A DNA stretch of 24,295 bases from a virus (Duplodnaviria; Caudoviricetes): IMG/VR virus record IMGVR_UViG_3300048029_000271, positions 1-24,295 of that record, one strand, 5' to 3'. Numbering within the stretch: position 1 is the first letter of the stretch; each line of letters starts with the position of its first letter. The notes under the pieces were generated by a model, which worked only from the letters and a program-made list of their open reading frames with translations, ran no database searches and was not told where the DNA came from. The position numbers and the translations under genes are program-made. Below are positions 1 through 9,008 of this stretch, piece after piece.

Positions 1-627
1 AATTTGTAGTGCAGGTCTTTTTTTCCATGAACCATTCCATGTTGCATGTGGTAAAGTTGACCACTCCCAAGTGACAACTTCTCCTGCTTTCCATTGTGTA
101 TGTACATGATTACCAAATTGAAATATCTGCCCTGGTTCCCAATCTGCAAGAAAGACTAGAAATCTTGTCTTGTCTCTAGCATATTTAAATTCTTTACTTT
201 CGATTCTTTCTTTTCTTGGTTCACCTGGTAGATTGTCAATATGAAACATTAACTGTTGATTTGGTTTTTGGTCATGAAACTTCCATGTTTGATTTTTAGT
301 TTTATCTAATTCAAACCATTCTGCGACTTTTCTAAACTTAATAAATCTATCATCATCATTATATCTGTATGCATCAAACATTTCTGCATTCGGTTGACCA
401 GCATAATTATCAGCATCTTCAATCGCATGATATACGTTATTTACTACAGATGCTTTGTTGTTTGCATAGTTATATGGTTGTTCGTTAAATCGTTTTGATT
501 TCATTTCTGTAGTTCTTGCTAGTTCAATTTCATCTGTGAAATCAATGTCAAACTTGCCAAGTATTTTAAAATACTCGCCTTCTTTGTCTTCTTTCCATTT
601 ATCAAAATGGTATGTAGTCTCAAACAT
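1..627 (-). CDS. 2OG-Fe(II) oxygenase-like protein (partial, 3' end runs off the window)
   Basis: Not in the ORF track; hand-translated. ATG at 627 overlaps the upstream stop (TAATG) and the frame stays open for 209 codons: MFETTYHFDKW...QQLMFHIDNL...RFLVFLADWEPGQIFQFG...WKAGEVVTWEWSTLPHATWNGSWKKRPALQI. HxD...H...R pattern of the double-stranded beta-helix dioxygenase fold. Confidence 0.75.
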   Translation of the reverse strand, partial: MFETTYHFDKWKEDKEGEYFKILGKFDIDFTDEIELARTTEMKSKRFNEQPYNYANNKASVVNNVYHAIEDADNYAGQPNAEMFDAYRYNDDDRFIKFRKVAEWFELDKTKNQTWKFHDQKPNQQLMFHIDNLPGEPRKERIESKEFKYARDKTRFLVFLADWEPGQIFQFGNHVHTQWKAGEVVTWEWSTLPHATWNGSWKKRPALQI

Positions 628-1226
628 TACACTCTTAGAATAAACTGAGTTTCACCTCGTGGTTCTTTAAATAACATATATCTTTTACAAAATCTATCAA
701 CTGCATTAGTGACACCTTCTTTACCATATCTTGCATGTTTCCAGTAATAATCATCACCCATAATCATACCACCTGGTTTGACAACTTTTAAAGAGTTCTC
801 TAAGTCTCTAAGGCACCCTTCATAACTGTGGTCTCCATCGACATATATCCAATCTAATTTTTCAGGTTTAGTTGCAAACCATTCATCTGAGGTCATACGA
901 TGTATTGTCACTCTTGGGTCCATTCCACACTTCGAATATACTTCTGAGTAGATTGCATCGTAGTATTCTTGAAAATCTACATCTTGTTTTTCTATGTTAA
1001 GTATCTTAGAATATTTTGCCAAATACTCGTCATAGTTTTTATACTCTTTAGATTTTTTATAAGGTTCTACTGACCATGGGTCAATCATATGTAATTCAGA
1101 AATACCTAGTCGTAAAAATTGCATAGATGTATTTCCTGCCCACACACCTATTTCAGCACCTTTTGTATTAGGTAAAATATCTTTTAATATGTGTATAGAG
1201 TCTTTATTTACTCTAGATGCCATCAT
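627..1226 (-). CDS. Class I SAM-dependent methyltransferase (Methyltransf_24-like)
   Basis: GAEIGVWAG motif I, IYVDGDHSYE, KPGGMIMGDDY. Confidence 0.85.
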   Translation of the reverse strand: MMASRVNKDSIHILKDILPNTKGAEIGVWAGNTSMQFLRLGISELHMIDPWSVEPYKKSKEYKNYDEYLAKYSKILNIEKQDVDFQEYYDAIYSEVYSKCGMDPRVTIHRMTSDEWFATKPEKLDWIYVDGDHSYEGCLRDLENSLKVVKPGGMIMGDDYYWKHARYGKEGVTNAVDRFCKRYMLFKEPRGETQFILRV

Positions 1227-1572
1227 GAGACTTTTTCTCCCTTATTTCACTATTGCATACTTTATCTATTTCTTTTTTAAGTCTCGCCCTGTGGTCATTA
1301 AGTATATAAACTAATCTTGCATAATGAATGAAGTCATCATGAAAATTTTGTTCTTTTTCTAAACTTCTTTTTTTATCTTCAATCAACCAAAGTGAACTGT
1401 TTACTTCTTTTAAATGTATATACAGATATCTAGTAAGAGTGTTATTATATTCTTGATAGACATCTAAAAGTTTTTGTTTTTCAGTATCAACATCTAATCC
1501 TTTAGATGCTTTGATTTCAAGTATTGAAAGTTTATCAAAGAGTTCACCTACACTTACATCAACTTTAGGCAT
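1213..1572 (-). CDS. DUF6165-like helical protein
   Basis: VSVGELFDKLSILEIK...LWLIED...ARLVYILNDHRARLKKEID, a pattern recalled from proteins found beside glycosyltransferase genes. Confidence 0.65.
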   Translation of the reverse strand: MPKVDVSVGELFDKLSILEIKASKGLDVDTEKQKLLDVYQEYNNTLTRYLYIHLKEVNSSLWLIEDKKRSLEKEQNFHDDFIHYARLVYILNDHRARLKKEIDKVCNSEIREKKSHDGI

Positions 1573-2338
1573 TATATATTTTCACTCCTCTTGCTTTTGC
1601 ACGAACAAAGTGGTGAGAAATATATCCACCAGTTGTGTATAAATGTATGTCTTCTGGTTTGTGATATAGATTTGCCATATGTAGAAATCCACTATCGATA
1701 CCAATATGCCCATCTGCTTTTGCCATAGCATAACCTATTGCTTGTATGCTATCGTTCATATCTGGTATACTTGCTTCGCCACCAACTCTGACTATTTCAT
1801 ATCCTTGTTCTTTATATCTATTTTCAATAATATTTATCTCTGCTTCAGGTATGCTTCTGCCAGGGTCAGTTGTGTCCCATTGAGCAGTTATGAATTTACT
1901 AGGAACAAATACTGCATATTCTGGTTTTGCTTCAAGTACAGGATAATTCATTAATAATTCTGAGACATCTAATGGTAAAGGTATTGATTTTGGTGGGTCA
2001 TTTGGGTGCATATCTACAGTATCTTTATAATAATAAGTTTCTGCATCGTAACCATTTTCTTTTAAGTATGCTAACCACTCATTTTCTGGCAAGTCTTGAA
2101 CATCATGGTCTTTATACGTGACAGTATCAGGAAACAAACTAATGATTTCTGGCCATGATTGTTGCTTTCTTGGTTTATCGTTTTTATCAGCAGTAAGATG
2201 TATTGTCACTTTATCATCATGTAATAAACTATACAGATGACCTAATAAAACACTATGCACTCTATCGCCAAGTCCTGGTGTAGTAAATGGTCTGTCACCA
2301 TTTCGCATACTTTTAGAACGTAATGCTAAATGTTTCAT
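1565..2338 (-). CDS. GT-B fold glycosyltransferase-like protein (GT9-like)
   Basis: N-terminal GLGD and C-terminal HIGIDSGFLHMA resemble GT9 heptosyltransferase motifs. Confidence 0.6.
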   Translation of the reverse strand: MKHLALRSKSMRNGDRPFTTPGLGDRVHSVLLGHLYSLLHDDKVTIHLTADKNDKPRKQQSWPEIISLFPDTVTYKDHDVQDLPENEWLAYLKENGYDAETYYYKDTVDMHPNDPPKSIPLPLDVSELLMNYPVLEAKPEYAVFVPSKFITAQWDTTDPGRSIPEAEINIIENRYKEQGYEIVRVGGEASIPDMNDSIQAIGYAMAKADGHIGIDSGFLHMANLYHKPEDIHLYTTGGYISHHFVRAKARGVKIYNA

Positions 2339-2769
2339 TGCATAGTGTCAATGTATGCTTGTAGATTCTCCATATCTTCTGTAGATAAGTTTGCGGCCTG
2401 TCCCCACATAAGAGCAGATTGTGGACCTCTAGTTTCACCATTTTTATATTGCATCAACATTGAAACTATAGAAGTACTACCCACAAGTTTAGGGCCAATA
2501 CCACCTTCTCCATTTTGTCCATGACACATATTACAATTAACATAAATCTTTGCACCTTTATCTGCAGGACTTTCCATTTGCATTGCAACTCTCTTTGCTT
2601 CTAATTGTTCTGAGAATGTTCCATACTTTGCAGTATATTCTTCATAACATTCTCCCCAACAACTGTGAACATCTGTATATCCTTTTACTTCTGCATTTTC
2701 TATTACACCATATAGTAATCCTGAAATACCCAAAATTCCAATTATTATCGGTAAAAATATGTCTTTCAT
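2335..2769 (-). CDS. Membrane-anchored class I cytochrome c (c553/c4-like monohaem)
   Basis: N-terminal hydrophobic helix, CNMCH haem-binding motif, GEGGIGPKLVG, distal Met in ALMWGQAANLS, and C-terminal helix DMENLQAYI. Confidence 0.9.
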   Translation of the reverse strand: MKDIFLPIIIGILGISGLLYGVIENAEVKGYTDVHSCWGECYEEYTAKYGTFSEQLEAKRVAMQMESPADKGAKIYVNCNMCHGQNGEGGIGPKLVGSTSIVSMLMQYKNGETRGPQSALMWGQAANLSTEDMENLQAYIDTMQ

Positions 2770-2770
2770 A

Positions 2771-3448
2771 TTATCGCTCCCATTTTACATAAAGTCTTGC
2801 ACCATCAGGCATGACTTCTGTGACGTTATAATTATATTTATTAGCAAACTCAAATGACTTTGCCACTGTCCATGGATAGAAATTTGGCATTGCTAATAAA
2901 CCTTGTTTTCTTAATTTTTTTCTTGACTCATTTAAATCTTTACCTAACTGTCTGAGTGAATCAGTCTCATATAGTTTAGGACTTCTGACATAAACATCTT
3001 TTAGTTTACCAAAGTGGTCTGCATTACCTGGATTGAGTCTCCAAAATATACTAGACTTTTCTTTCATGTGTAGTACTAAGTTTTCTACTTGTTTTGATAT
3101 CAAGTCTTCACTACCAAAGTTAATACTACCTAAACAAAGTGCAACATCGAATCTTTCATTCGATTTAAAATCTTCGATTGCAACAACTTCATCTGCACCA
3201 ATATCTGTTATGTCAATACCATAGACATTATTAAGATACTGCTTCATTGGTTGTTCACCACAACCGACATCTAATACTCTAGCATCTTTATCAATTTGTG
3301 TAGATAATCTTTCTGGTCTAGTCCAGTTTATTCTCCACTCGTAATCTTCTTTTGGTTGTTGTTGTCTGGCAATATCTAACATCTTCTGAGTTTTTGGCCA
3401 GACGTGTGTAAAATATTGTGTTAATTGTTCTCTTTCGTTACTATCCAT
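2771..3448 (-). CDS. Class I SAM-dependent methyltransferase
   Basis: VLDVGCG motif I, YGID, FDVALCLGSINF. Start moved to the ATG at 3448 (MDSNERE), which leaves only an 8-nt overlap with AOX. Confidence 0.8.
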   Translation of the reverse strand: MDSNEREQLTQYFTHVWPKTQKMLDIARQQQPKEDYEWRINWTRPERLSTQIDKDARVLDVGCGEQPMKQYLNNVYGIDITDIGADEVVAIEDFKSNERFDVALCLGSINFGSEDLISKQVENLVLHMKEKSSIFWRLNPGNADHFGKLKDVYVRSPKLYETDSLRQLGKDLNESRKKLRKQGLLAMPNFYPWTVAKSFEFANKYNYNVTEVMPDGARLYVKWER

Positions 3449-4046
3449 TTTTTCTTCTGTATGATGTATTGCCGTCAGCGAGACCATGATTTACTTTACT
3501 GTGGTGCATTTCATCTGCTCTAACTTTGACTATTAAATCAGATAGTTTCGCAGACTTTTTCATCTTGTAATACTTGATTGCTAATTCTGGCGCTGGTACA
3601 TTTTCTACTTCTCCATTCTCTACCATTGCTAGATAATCAGTATAACTTCTTACTGCTTCTTCTTCAAAGTAACCAATCATTCGGTGAGCAGTTTTATAAT
3701 CTATCATGTATAAGAACATATAAAAGATAAAAAATAATGCTTGAGCAAATAAGACTAAGTATCTTTCAAACCAATTAGGGTTTGCTATCTCAATGAAAAA
3801 CATTAGATGCATTCTTTCATTTTCTGCTTCTGCTAACATTTCACGAATATCTGGTCCATAACCCGTTTTCATCTTACGTAGACTCTTCATATGTAACCAC
3901 ATGCCACCGACCATACCAGGGACACCAGCGACAGTTTCTAAAACAACTGCTCTGTGTCCATATCTTTTTGCAAAGAAAGTATCTGCAAAAAATCTAAAAA
4001 ACTTTGTCATTGCCATTGCTAATGAGTTTCTTATTCTGGTAACCAT
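3441..4046 (-). CDS. aox: Alternative oxidase (ubiquinol:O2 oxidoreductase, di-iron carboxylate)
   Basis: All AOX motifs present: LETVAGVPGMV, EAENERMHL, GYFEEEAVRSY, VRADEMHH. AAGGTG Shine-Dalgarno-like sequence upstream. Confidence 0.95.
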   Translation of the reverse strand: MVTRIRNSLAMAMTKFFRFFADTFFAKRYGHRAVVLETVAGVPGMVGGMWLHMKSLRKMKTGYGPDIREMLAEAENERMHLMFFIEIANPNWFERYLVLFAQALFFIFYMFLYMIDYKTAHRMIGYFEEEAVRSYTDYLAMVENGEVENVPAPELAIKYYKMKKSAKLSDLIVKVRADEMHHSKVNHGLADGNTSYRRKNG

Positions 4047-4651
4047 AAATACACCTTTATTTGTTTTTCTTCATATTGACCGACACGTCTACCACCTGTG
4101 ATACTAAAAATATTTTCTGGATATTCTATCTCTAAAACATCACATATATCATAAGTGCTTTCACATTCAGTAATATCTTTTTGATTATAATAAAGAAAAG
4201 TTTGCAGTTCTTGAGATTCATTCTGAATATTTAAAAACATCATTTCATCGTCTCCATAATGTTCGTAATTCGGATATGTAATGTCCCAACCACCTGCTTC
4301 TTTCCACCAATTAAAACAAAGAATAGGTTCACGATAAACTAACAACATAGGTTGTTTGTGTTCTTTTAGTTGAGATAATTGATATGCAAAATCATGTGAT
4401 TTTATTATCTTCAACCCTTTACTATTCTCTTTAAATGGTTTGTCCCATTCTAATCTGTTTGTTGAATACTGTTGATTTACACCAAAATATTCGCCAAAAT
4501 GCATGGGTGATTCTTGACCCTTTCGGGTATAAGAATTATTTTTTTTATAATCAGAAGTATTTATATCAGGCGAATAATAGAAGTCTCGAACAACACCAGA
4601 CCATCTACTGCCTGGTGCTCCTGTAACTAATAAGTATTCGCAATTTATCAT
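4031..4651 (-). CDS. Sulfotransferase-like / P-loop fold protein
   Basis: LLVTGAPGSRWS (divergent 5'-PAPS loop), IIKSH, LLVYREP. Confidence 0.5.
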   Translation of the reverse strand: MINCEYLLVTGAPGSRWSGVVRDFYYSPDINTSDYKKNNSYTRKGQESPMHFGEYFGVNQQYSTNRLEWDKPFKENSKGLKIIKSHDFAYQLSQLKEHKQPMLLVYREPILCFNWWKEAGGWDITYPNYEHYGDDEMMFLNIQNESQELQTFLYYNQKDITECESTYDICDVLEIEYPENIFSITGGRRVGQYEEKQIKVYLWLPE

Positions 4652-4863
4652 TTATCCTTGTCTGAAATATCAACTTGGGCACCATCTTCGGGTTCATTTA
4701 GTAATCTGACAGTTGTCCACTTTTTACCTTTCTTACCTCGGTCTTTAAGATAGTCATACATATTACCCGCACCTTCACTTACACCAATCTTGAATCCATG
4801 ATAATATGCACCTGCAACAATCCCTGCAAAAACTAAAAATTGTAATACTATATAATCTGACAT
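4648..4863 (-). CDS. Small single-TM hypothetical protein
   Basis: 71 aa, N-terminal hydrophobic helix; overlaps the next gene (ATGA). Confidence 0.6.
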   Translation of the reverse strand: MSDYIVLQFLVFAGIVAGAYYHGFKIGVSEGAGNMYDYLKDRGKKGKKWTTVRLLNEPEDGAQVDISDKDK

Positions 4864-4864
4864 A

Positions 4865-5959
4865 TTAACCTCTTATACTCTCAGCATTAATCGTTGGAAC
4901 TTGTGGTGAAATAAAACTTTCTGGTAATTCTTGATAAATTAATTCTTCTTTATATACTGATTTTAAATCAAGTGCTTCTTGATTCCATTTTACTAAAGTT
5001 TTTAGTGCATCTTCTGTAATAAAAGTCATAAGTGTATCTCTCATAGTATCACCATCAATGCCTATTACCCATTCATAATTACCAACTTTAGTTTCTAATG
5101 CTTTGATTGACTCAGGGTCTTTCGACATTTTATCTAGAGCAGTTATCAGTTTTTCTCTGTTAGGGTTACCAACATTTACCCATAATGCTTTTTGCAAACC
5201 ATCACGAAAAGACTTAGCAAGTTTGTATGCATTATAAAATTCACCACTTGGTTCTCTATCATATTTTGCTTTGAATAATATTTCAAACTGTTTGCCTGGA
5301 TAATTAGGGTCATCAACATGACTACCATCTTCTGCAAGTAGTCCATGAGTAAACCAGACTTCTGCATTACTAAAAGATTCTACGTGTTTTTTATATGCCG
5401 CTGGATTTTCTCTAGTCACATTTAACTCACCTCTTTTAAATGCAAGTCTACGTTCATTACCTTTCATACCTTTGACCCATGTGACATTTTCTCTAAACCA
5501 AACAATTGCTTCTTCTGTGTTGTCAGTAATACCACTTTCAAGCATAGTCATTGCCATTGCTTCGGGTACTTGACCAGAACCAAATGCAAAACTTAGTTTT
5601 CTTGGGTCACCTTTTAATCTACCCACAATAATATCTAAATTCATAAGACCAATAGAATCATAGTCAGCATAATTGTATTCAACATTCTCTTGTAAGAATG
5701 AAATACCATTACCACCATGTGATACCATAATAGTTTTGTCATCAAATCTTAGTTCGTTATGAAAGTCGTTAAACCCACCGATGCCTCTCGCACTTGGTAA
5801 ATGTAATAGTCTAATTCTTTCGTCTAAATGTTTTTCAAGTTCTTGTGCAACAATTGACGCCCAAACAGATGTACCACCACCAACTTTCTGTGGTATGACC
5901 ATCGTATAATCTGCAAATGCAGGTGTTGAAAGTAAAATTAATAATAATAGTTTTTTCAT
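4865..5959 (-). CDS. tctC: Tripartite tricarboxylate transporter substrate-binding protein (TctC/Bug-like, divergent)
   Basis: Signal peptide ending PAFA, VIPQKVGGGTSVWASIVA (compare Bug P..pGG.tD..aR), AFKRGELNV; adjacent to tctA. Confidence 0.7.
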   Translation of the reverse strand: MKKLLLLILLSTPAFADYTMVIPQKVGGGTSVWASIVAQELEKHLDERIRLLHLPSARGIGGFNDFHNELRFDDKTIMVSHGGNGISFLQENVEYNYADYDSIGLMNLDIIVGRLKGDPRKLSFAFGSGQVPEAMAMTMLESGITDNTEEAIVWFRENVTWVKGMKGNERRLAFKRGELNVTRENPAAYKKHVESFSNAEVWFTHGLLAEDGSHVDDPNYPGKQFEILFKAKYDREPSGEFYNAYKLAKSFRDGLQKALWVNVGNPNREKLITALDKMSKDPESIKALETKVGNYEWVIGIDGDTMRDTLMTFITEDALKTLVKWNQEALDLKSVYKEELIYQELPESFISPQVPTINAESIRG

Positions 5960-7398
5960 GTATACTCCAGTTTTGTCTTTCTATTTATTCCATAAATAAG
6001 TACACACACAATTGTCATTACTAAAATAATAAACAATGGTCGTGTTATTAATGTGTCTAAACTATATAACGTTGTTATTTGTATAGACAACCCTTCAATT
6101 CTATCACTTAGTATAAACCCAATCAATAATGCAGGTCTACTAAACTTTCCATATTTACATATCAATCCAATAACACTCATGATTGCAAGTATTACGTAAT
6201 CTTCCCAACCACCAGTATATTGAACTGCAGTCCATATTACTAATGCAGTAAGAGGTATTGCATAGTACACAAATGGCACTTTTGTAATCCTCGCAATCTG
6301 TTTATTACAAGATAAACAAATAAAACAGACGAGTATTGTAGCACAAAGAAATCCAAATGTCAAGTGAAAAATAAACTTTTCGTCATCTAATAAGTCTGGT
6401 GTGCCCAACTCAAAATTTAAATAGGCAAATAATGCCATGAGCATTGCCGCATACTTGGCGCCTGGTATACCAAACAACATAGTCGTTATCATCGATGTTG
6501 CTTTTTGAGAATTGTTTGCACCTTCAGGACCAATCACACCTTTAATGTTACCTTTACCAAAAGGTATTCTTTCGTTAGGATTAGTTGCAACTGTTTGACC
6601 ATATGCTATCCAATCTGCAATCGCACCACCAAGACCTGGTAATAAACCAACAACTGCACCAATAAATCCACCCCTAAGTGATAACCAACGATTTTTCCAG
6701 ACTTCTACGAATGCTTGTGTTGTTTGTCCTGTTGTATGTCCAAAAGTATAATCAGTAAGTGCTTTGTTTCTCAACCCTGCAATGATTTCTGGTATTGCAA
6801 ATAGACCAACTGCAACAGGTACAATTTGCACACTATCAGCGAGATAATACCAACCAAAAGTAAATCTATCAGATGCATCATATGGATTAATACCAATCAT
6901 ACCTAACCAGACACCAAATGCTAATGCAATTAGACCACGTAACCACCACTTACTTGATATGAAAACAACAAAAGTAAATGCTAGTATCGTAAATGCCCAT
7001 AATTCTGGTATACCCATATATAAGACAATGTTTTTATAATATGGTATAAGTAAGAATGTTAGACAACCCCATATAAGTCCATTTACTGTAGATGAAATAA
7101 TTGCAGACGATAATGCCAGATTTGCTTTACCTTGACGTGCAAGAGGATATCCATCAAGCATTGTTGTTGCGGCCGAGTTGGCACCAGGAATATTTAATAA
7201 CACACTAGCATATGAATCACCTGTTGTTGATGCGGCAACTAGTGCCATACAGAATAGTACTGCTAGATATGGGTCAGGAAAGAAATGCAAAAATGAAAAT
7301 GTAATTACAAGACCAGTTGTGGCACCAGCAGTTGGAATTATCCCTATCAATAAACCATAGAACGTGCCTAATAACAATACTGTAATTATCTCTAACAT
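5956..7398 (-). CDS. tctA: Tripartite tricarboxylate transporter large membrane subunit TctA
   Basis: Polytopic membrane protein with SVLLNIPG..SAATTMLDGYPLARQG, GLLPGLGG, FGKGNIKGVIGPEGANN, LFGIPG. Confidence 0.92.
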   Translation of the reverse strand: MLEIITVLLLGTFYGLLIGIIPTAGATTGLVITFSFLHFFPDPYLAVLFCMALVAASTTGDSYASVLLNIPGANSAATTMLDGYPLARQGKANLALSSAIISSTVNGLIWGCLTFLLIPYYKNIVLYMGIPELWAFTILAFTFVVFISSKWWLRGLIALAFGVWLGMIGINPYDASDRFTFGWYYLADSVQIVPVAVGLFAIPEIIAGLRNKALTDYTFGHTTGQTTQAFVEVWKNRWLSLRGGFIGAVVGLLPGLGGAIADWIAYGQTVATNPNERIPFGKGNIKGVIGPEGANNSQKATSMITTMLFGIPGAKYAAMLMALFAYLNFELGTPDLLDDEKFIFHLTFGFLCATILVCFICLSCNKQIARITKVPFVYYAIPLTALVIWTAVQYTGGWEDYVILAIMSVIGLICKYGKFSRPALLIGFILSDRIEGLSIQITTLYSLDTLITRPLFIILVMTIVCVLIYGINRKTKLEYT

Positions 7399-8234
7399 AA
7401 ATCAATGTCTAAAAAGAATTGGTCAAGTAGTTCTGTATTTTTTGTAAAGTATTTTGCTAGTTGACTTTTGTAATTGTCGAACTCTGTATTTGTATCATGA
7501 CCTTTAAGTAAATCTTCATATGAAACTACTTTGACTTTCGTGTACTGTTCTAACTCTGCAATATTTGAGTCTAATATTTCGTATTCTTTTAATCCTATTG
7601 CATAAGTTTTTGTTTGATACTCATGATGTAAATGATTTAAAAAATCACTAGCATTCCAATTATATCTGTCCGTATCTTTTAATGCAAAATATTTCAATGC
7701 GATTGTCGATAGTGGGTCAAGAAACTCTGAAATAGATTTTAACATTTGTTGAAAATTATTCCATGATTGAATCTTTTCTTGATTACTAGGCACACTCCAA
7801 AATATTTTTTCGTATGCTTGTTGATTTCTATTTAACATCATCATCATAAAATATGGTGTCATATGATAACAAGAGTTTGCAGTTACTTTTTTAAAAAATA
7901 CTAAATCATCAATATAGTCTTTTTGGCCAGTTGGATTAATTATGTAAGTTATTGGACAATCACAATGATTTTTAAAAAACTCTACTGGTGAAAATCTTTT
8001 ACCAAGTAAAATTGTGTTTTCATTCCAATCAGGAAAGTCATTGAACTTTACATGAAGTTTATAATCATCAATTCGAAAAGAGTTAGGACTACCAGCATAT
8101 TCATTTGTTTTTGAGCATCTATTGTTATCTTTATTTTGTGTTCCTTCTATTGACCAATTATCATCTAATAGTTCAGTAAAGTATGCCCCACCAGCACCAG
8201 ATGGCGCCAGCATTGTAAAATTAATTGATTGCAT
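7392..8234 (-). CDS. Hypothetical protein, possible sulfotransferase-like fold
   Basis: N-terminal MLAPSGAGGAYFTELL loop and C-terminal VVSYEDLL; weak. Confidence 0.4.
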   Translation of the reverse strand: MQSINFTMLAPSGAGGAYFTELLDDNWSIEGTQNKDNNRCSKTNEYAGSPNSFRIDDYKLHVKFNDFPDWNENTILLGKRFSPVEFFKNHCDCPITYIINPTGQKDYIDDLVFFKKVTANSCYHMTPYFMMMMLNRNQQAYEKIFWSVPSNQEKIQSWNNFQQMLKSISEFLDPLSTIALKYFALKDTDRYNWNASDFLNHLHHEYQTKTYAIGLKEYEILDSNIAELEQYTKVKVVSYEDLLKGHDTNTEFDNYKSQLAKYFTKNTELLDQFFLDIDLC

Positions 8235-9006
8235 TCATTAACTCTTCAACGTTTTCGCCTTTGTTTGGTAATTTGTCTTTTAGAAAGAAATGTATAAAGT
8301 GACATTCATCTATTTTATTGTTTGCAGTAAATAAACCATTCCATTTCCAGTGCATCTTTTGTAAAGGTACACGATACTTCTTAATAAAGAAGTTAAGTAA
8401 TGTTTGGTCAGTTGACCATTTCCATGACCCTACACCATCAACAAAGTTTTTGAACTCTGCTCGTGTAATGAATTCTTTTGGTGTTTGACCTTGCAAATAT
8501 GGTTTGAACTTCTTACAATTTAAAACAATCATACCCATATTACAAAACTCAAAACCCAATTCATTTGGTCTAAAATCTAATTCATTACAATGTAACATTC
8601 CATATTGCATTTGTGAGTAATTAATTATTTTTCTTTTGTACCAATCATCGATTGGCATGTCTCGTTCTATTACTGCACCAAAGGCCGCATCTTCACTTAT
8701 TTCATCAAAGATATTTGGTGAATCTGGTCTAATATAAATGTCAGCATCAATAATTGCAATCTGGTCAAAGTCATCGATATACTCAAATGCATTTTCTTTT
8801 TCATAGATAGGTAAACACCCAACTCGTGAATGTGATTCTTCACTACGACCAGAATTAAATGGGTCTGGTTTTATCCACAGTTTTGGTGTATGCAAAATGT
8901 GGTGTGTAATGTCATGTTTTTCGCAATAGTTTCTTACTGATTCTATGCAATGCTCGTATAATTTAGATTGTTCGCCTACTGCGACTTGAAATATCATTCT
9001 ATCCAT
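8221..9006 (-). CDS. GT-A fold glycosyltransferase-like protein (GT8/GT34-like)
   Basis: IIDADIY (DxD), NMGMIVLN, DQTLLN, WKWN, FIHF. Confidence 0.75.
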   Translation of the reverse strand: MDRMIFQVAVGEQSKLYEHCIESVRNYCEKHDITHHILHTPKLWIKPDPFNSGRSEESHSRVGCLPIYEKENAFEYIDDFDQIAIIDADIYIRPDSPNIFDEISEDAAFGAVIERDMPIDDWYKRKIINYSQMQYGMLHCNELDFRPNELGFEFCNMGMIVLNCKKFKPYLQGQTPKEFITRAEFKNFVDGVGSWKWSTDQTLLNFFIKKYRVPLQKMHWKWNGLFTANNKIDECHFIHFFLKDKLPNKGENVEELMNAIN

Positions 9007-9008
9007 AA

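Noticed and set aside
1-627. TET/JBP DNA dioxygenase call
   Set aside because: Only the generic HxD...H...R pattern is visible and the gene is truncated; there is no basis for a TET-specific call.
3441-4046. PTOX / cyanophage assignment
   Set aside because: Motifs are AOX-type (ETVAGVPGMV, ENERMHL), and no photosynthesis genes occur in the window.
4558-4565. Exact TATAAATA inside the sulfotransferase-like gene
   Set aside because: Intragenic and ~500 nt from the next start in AT-rich DNA; plausibly chance, although a late promoter for aox cannot be excluded.
4648-4863. Candidate tctB
   Set aside because: Only one TM helix in 71 aa, whereas TctB typically has about four.
5176-5367. 63-aa minus-strand ORF inside tctC
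   Set aside because: Out-of-frame nested ORF with no recognisable features.
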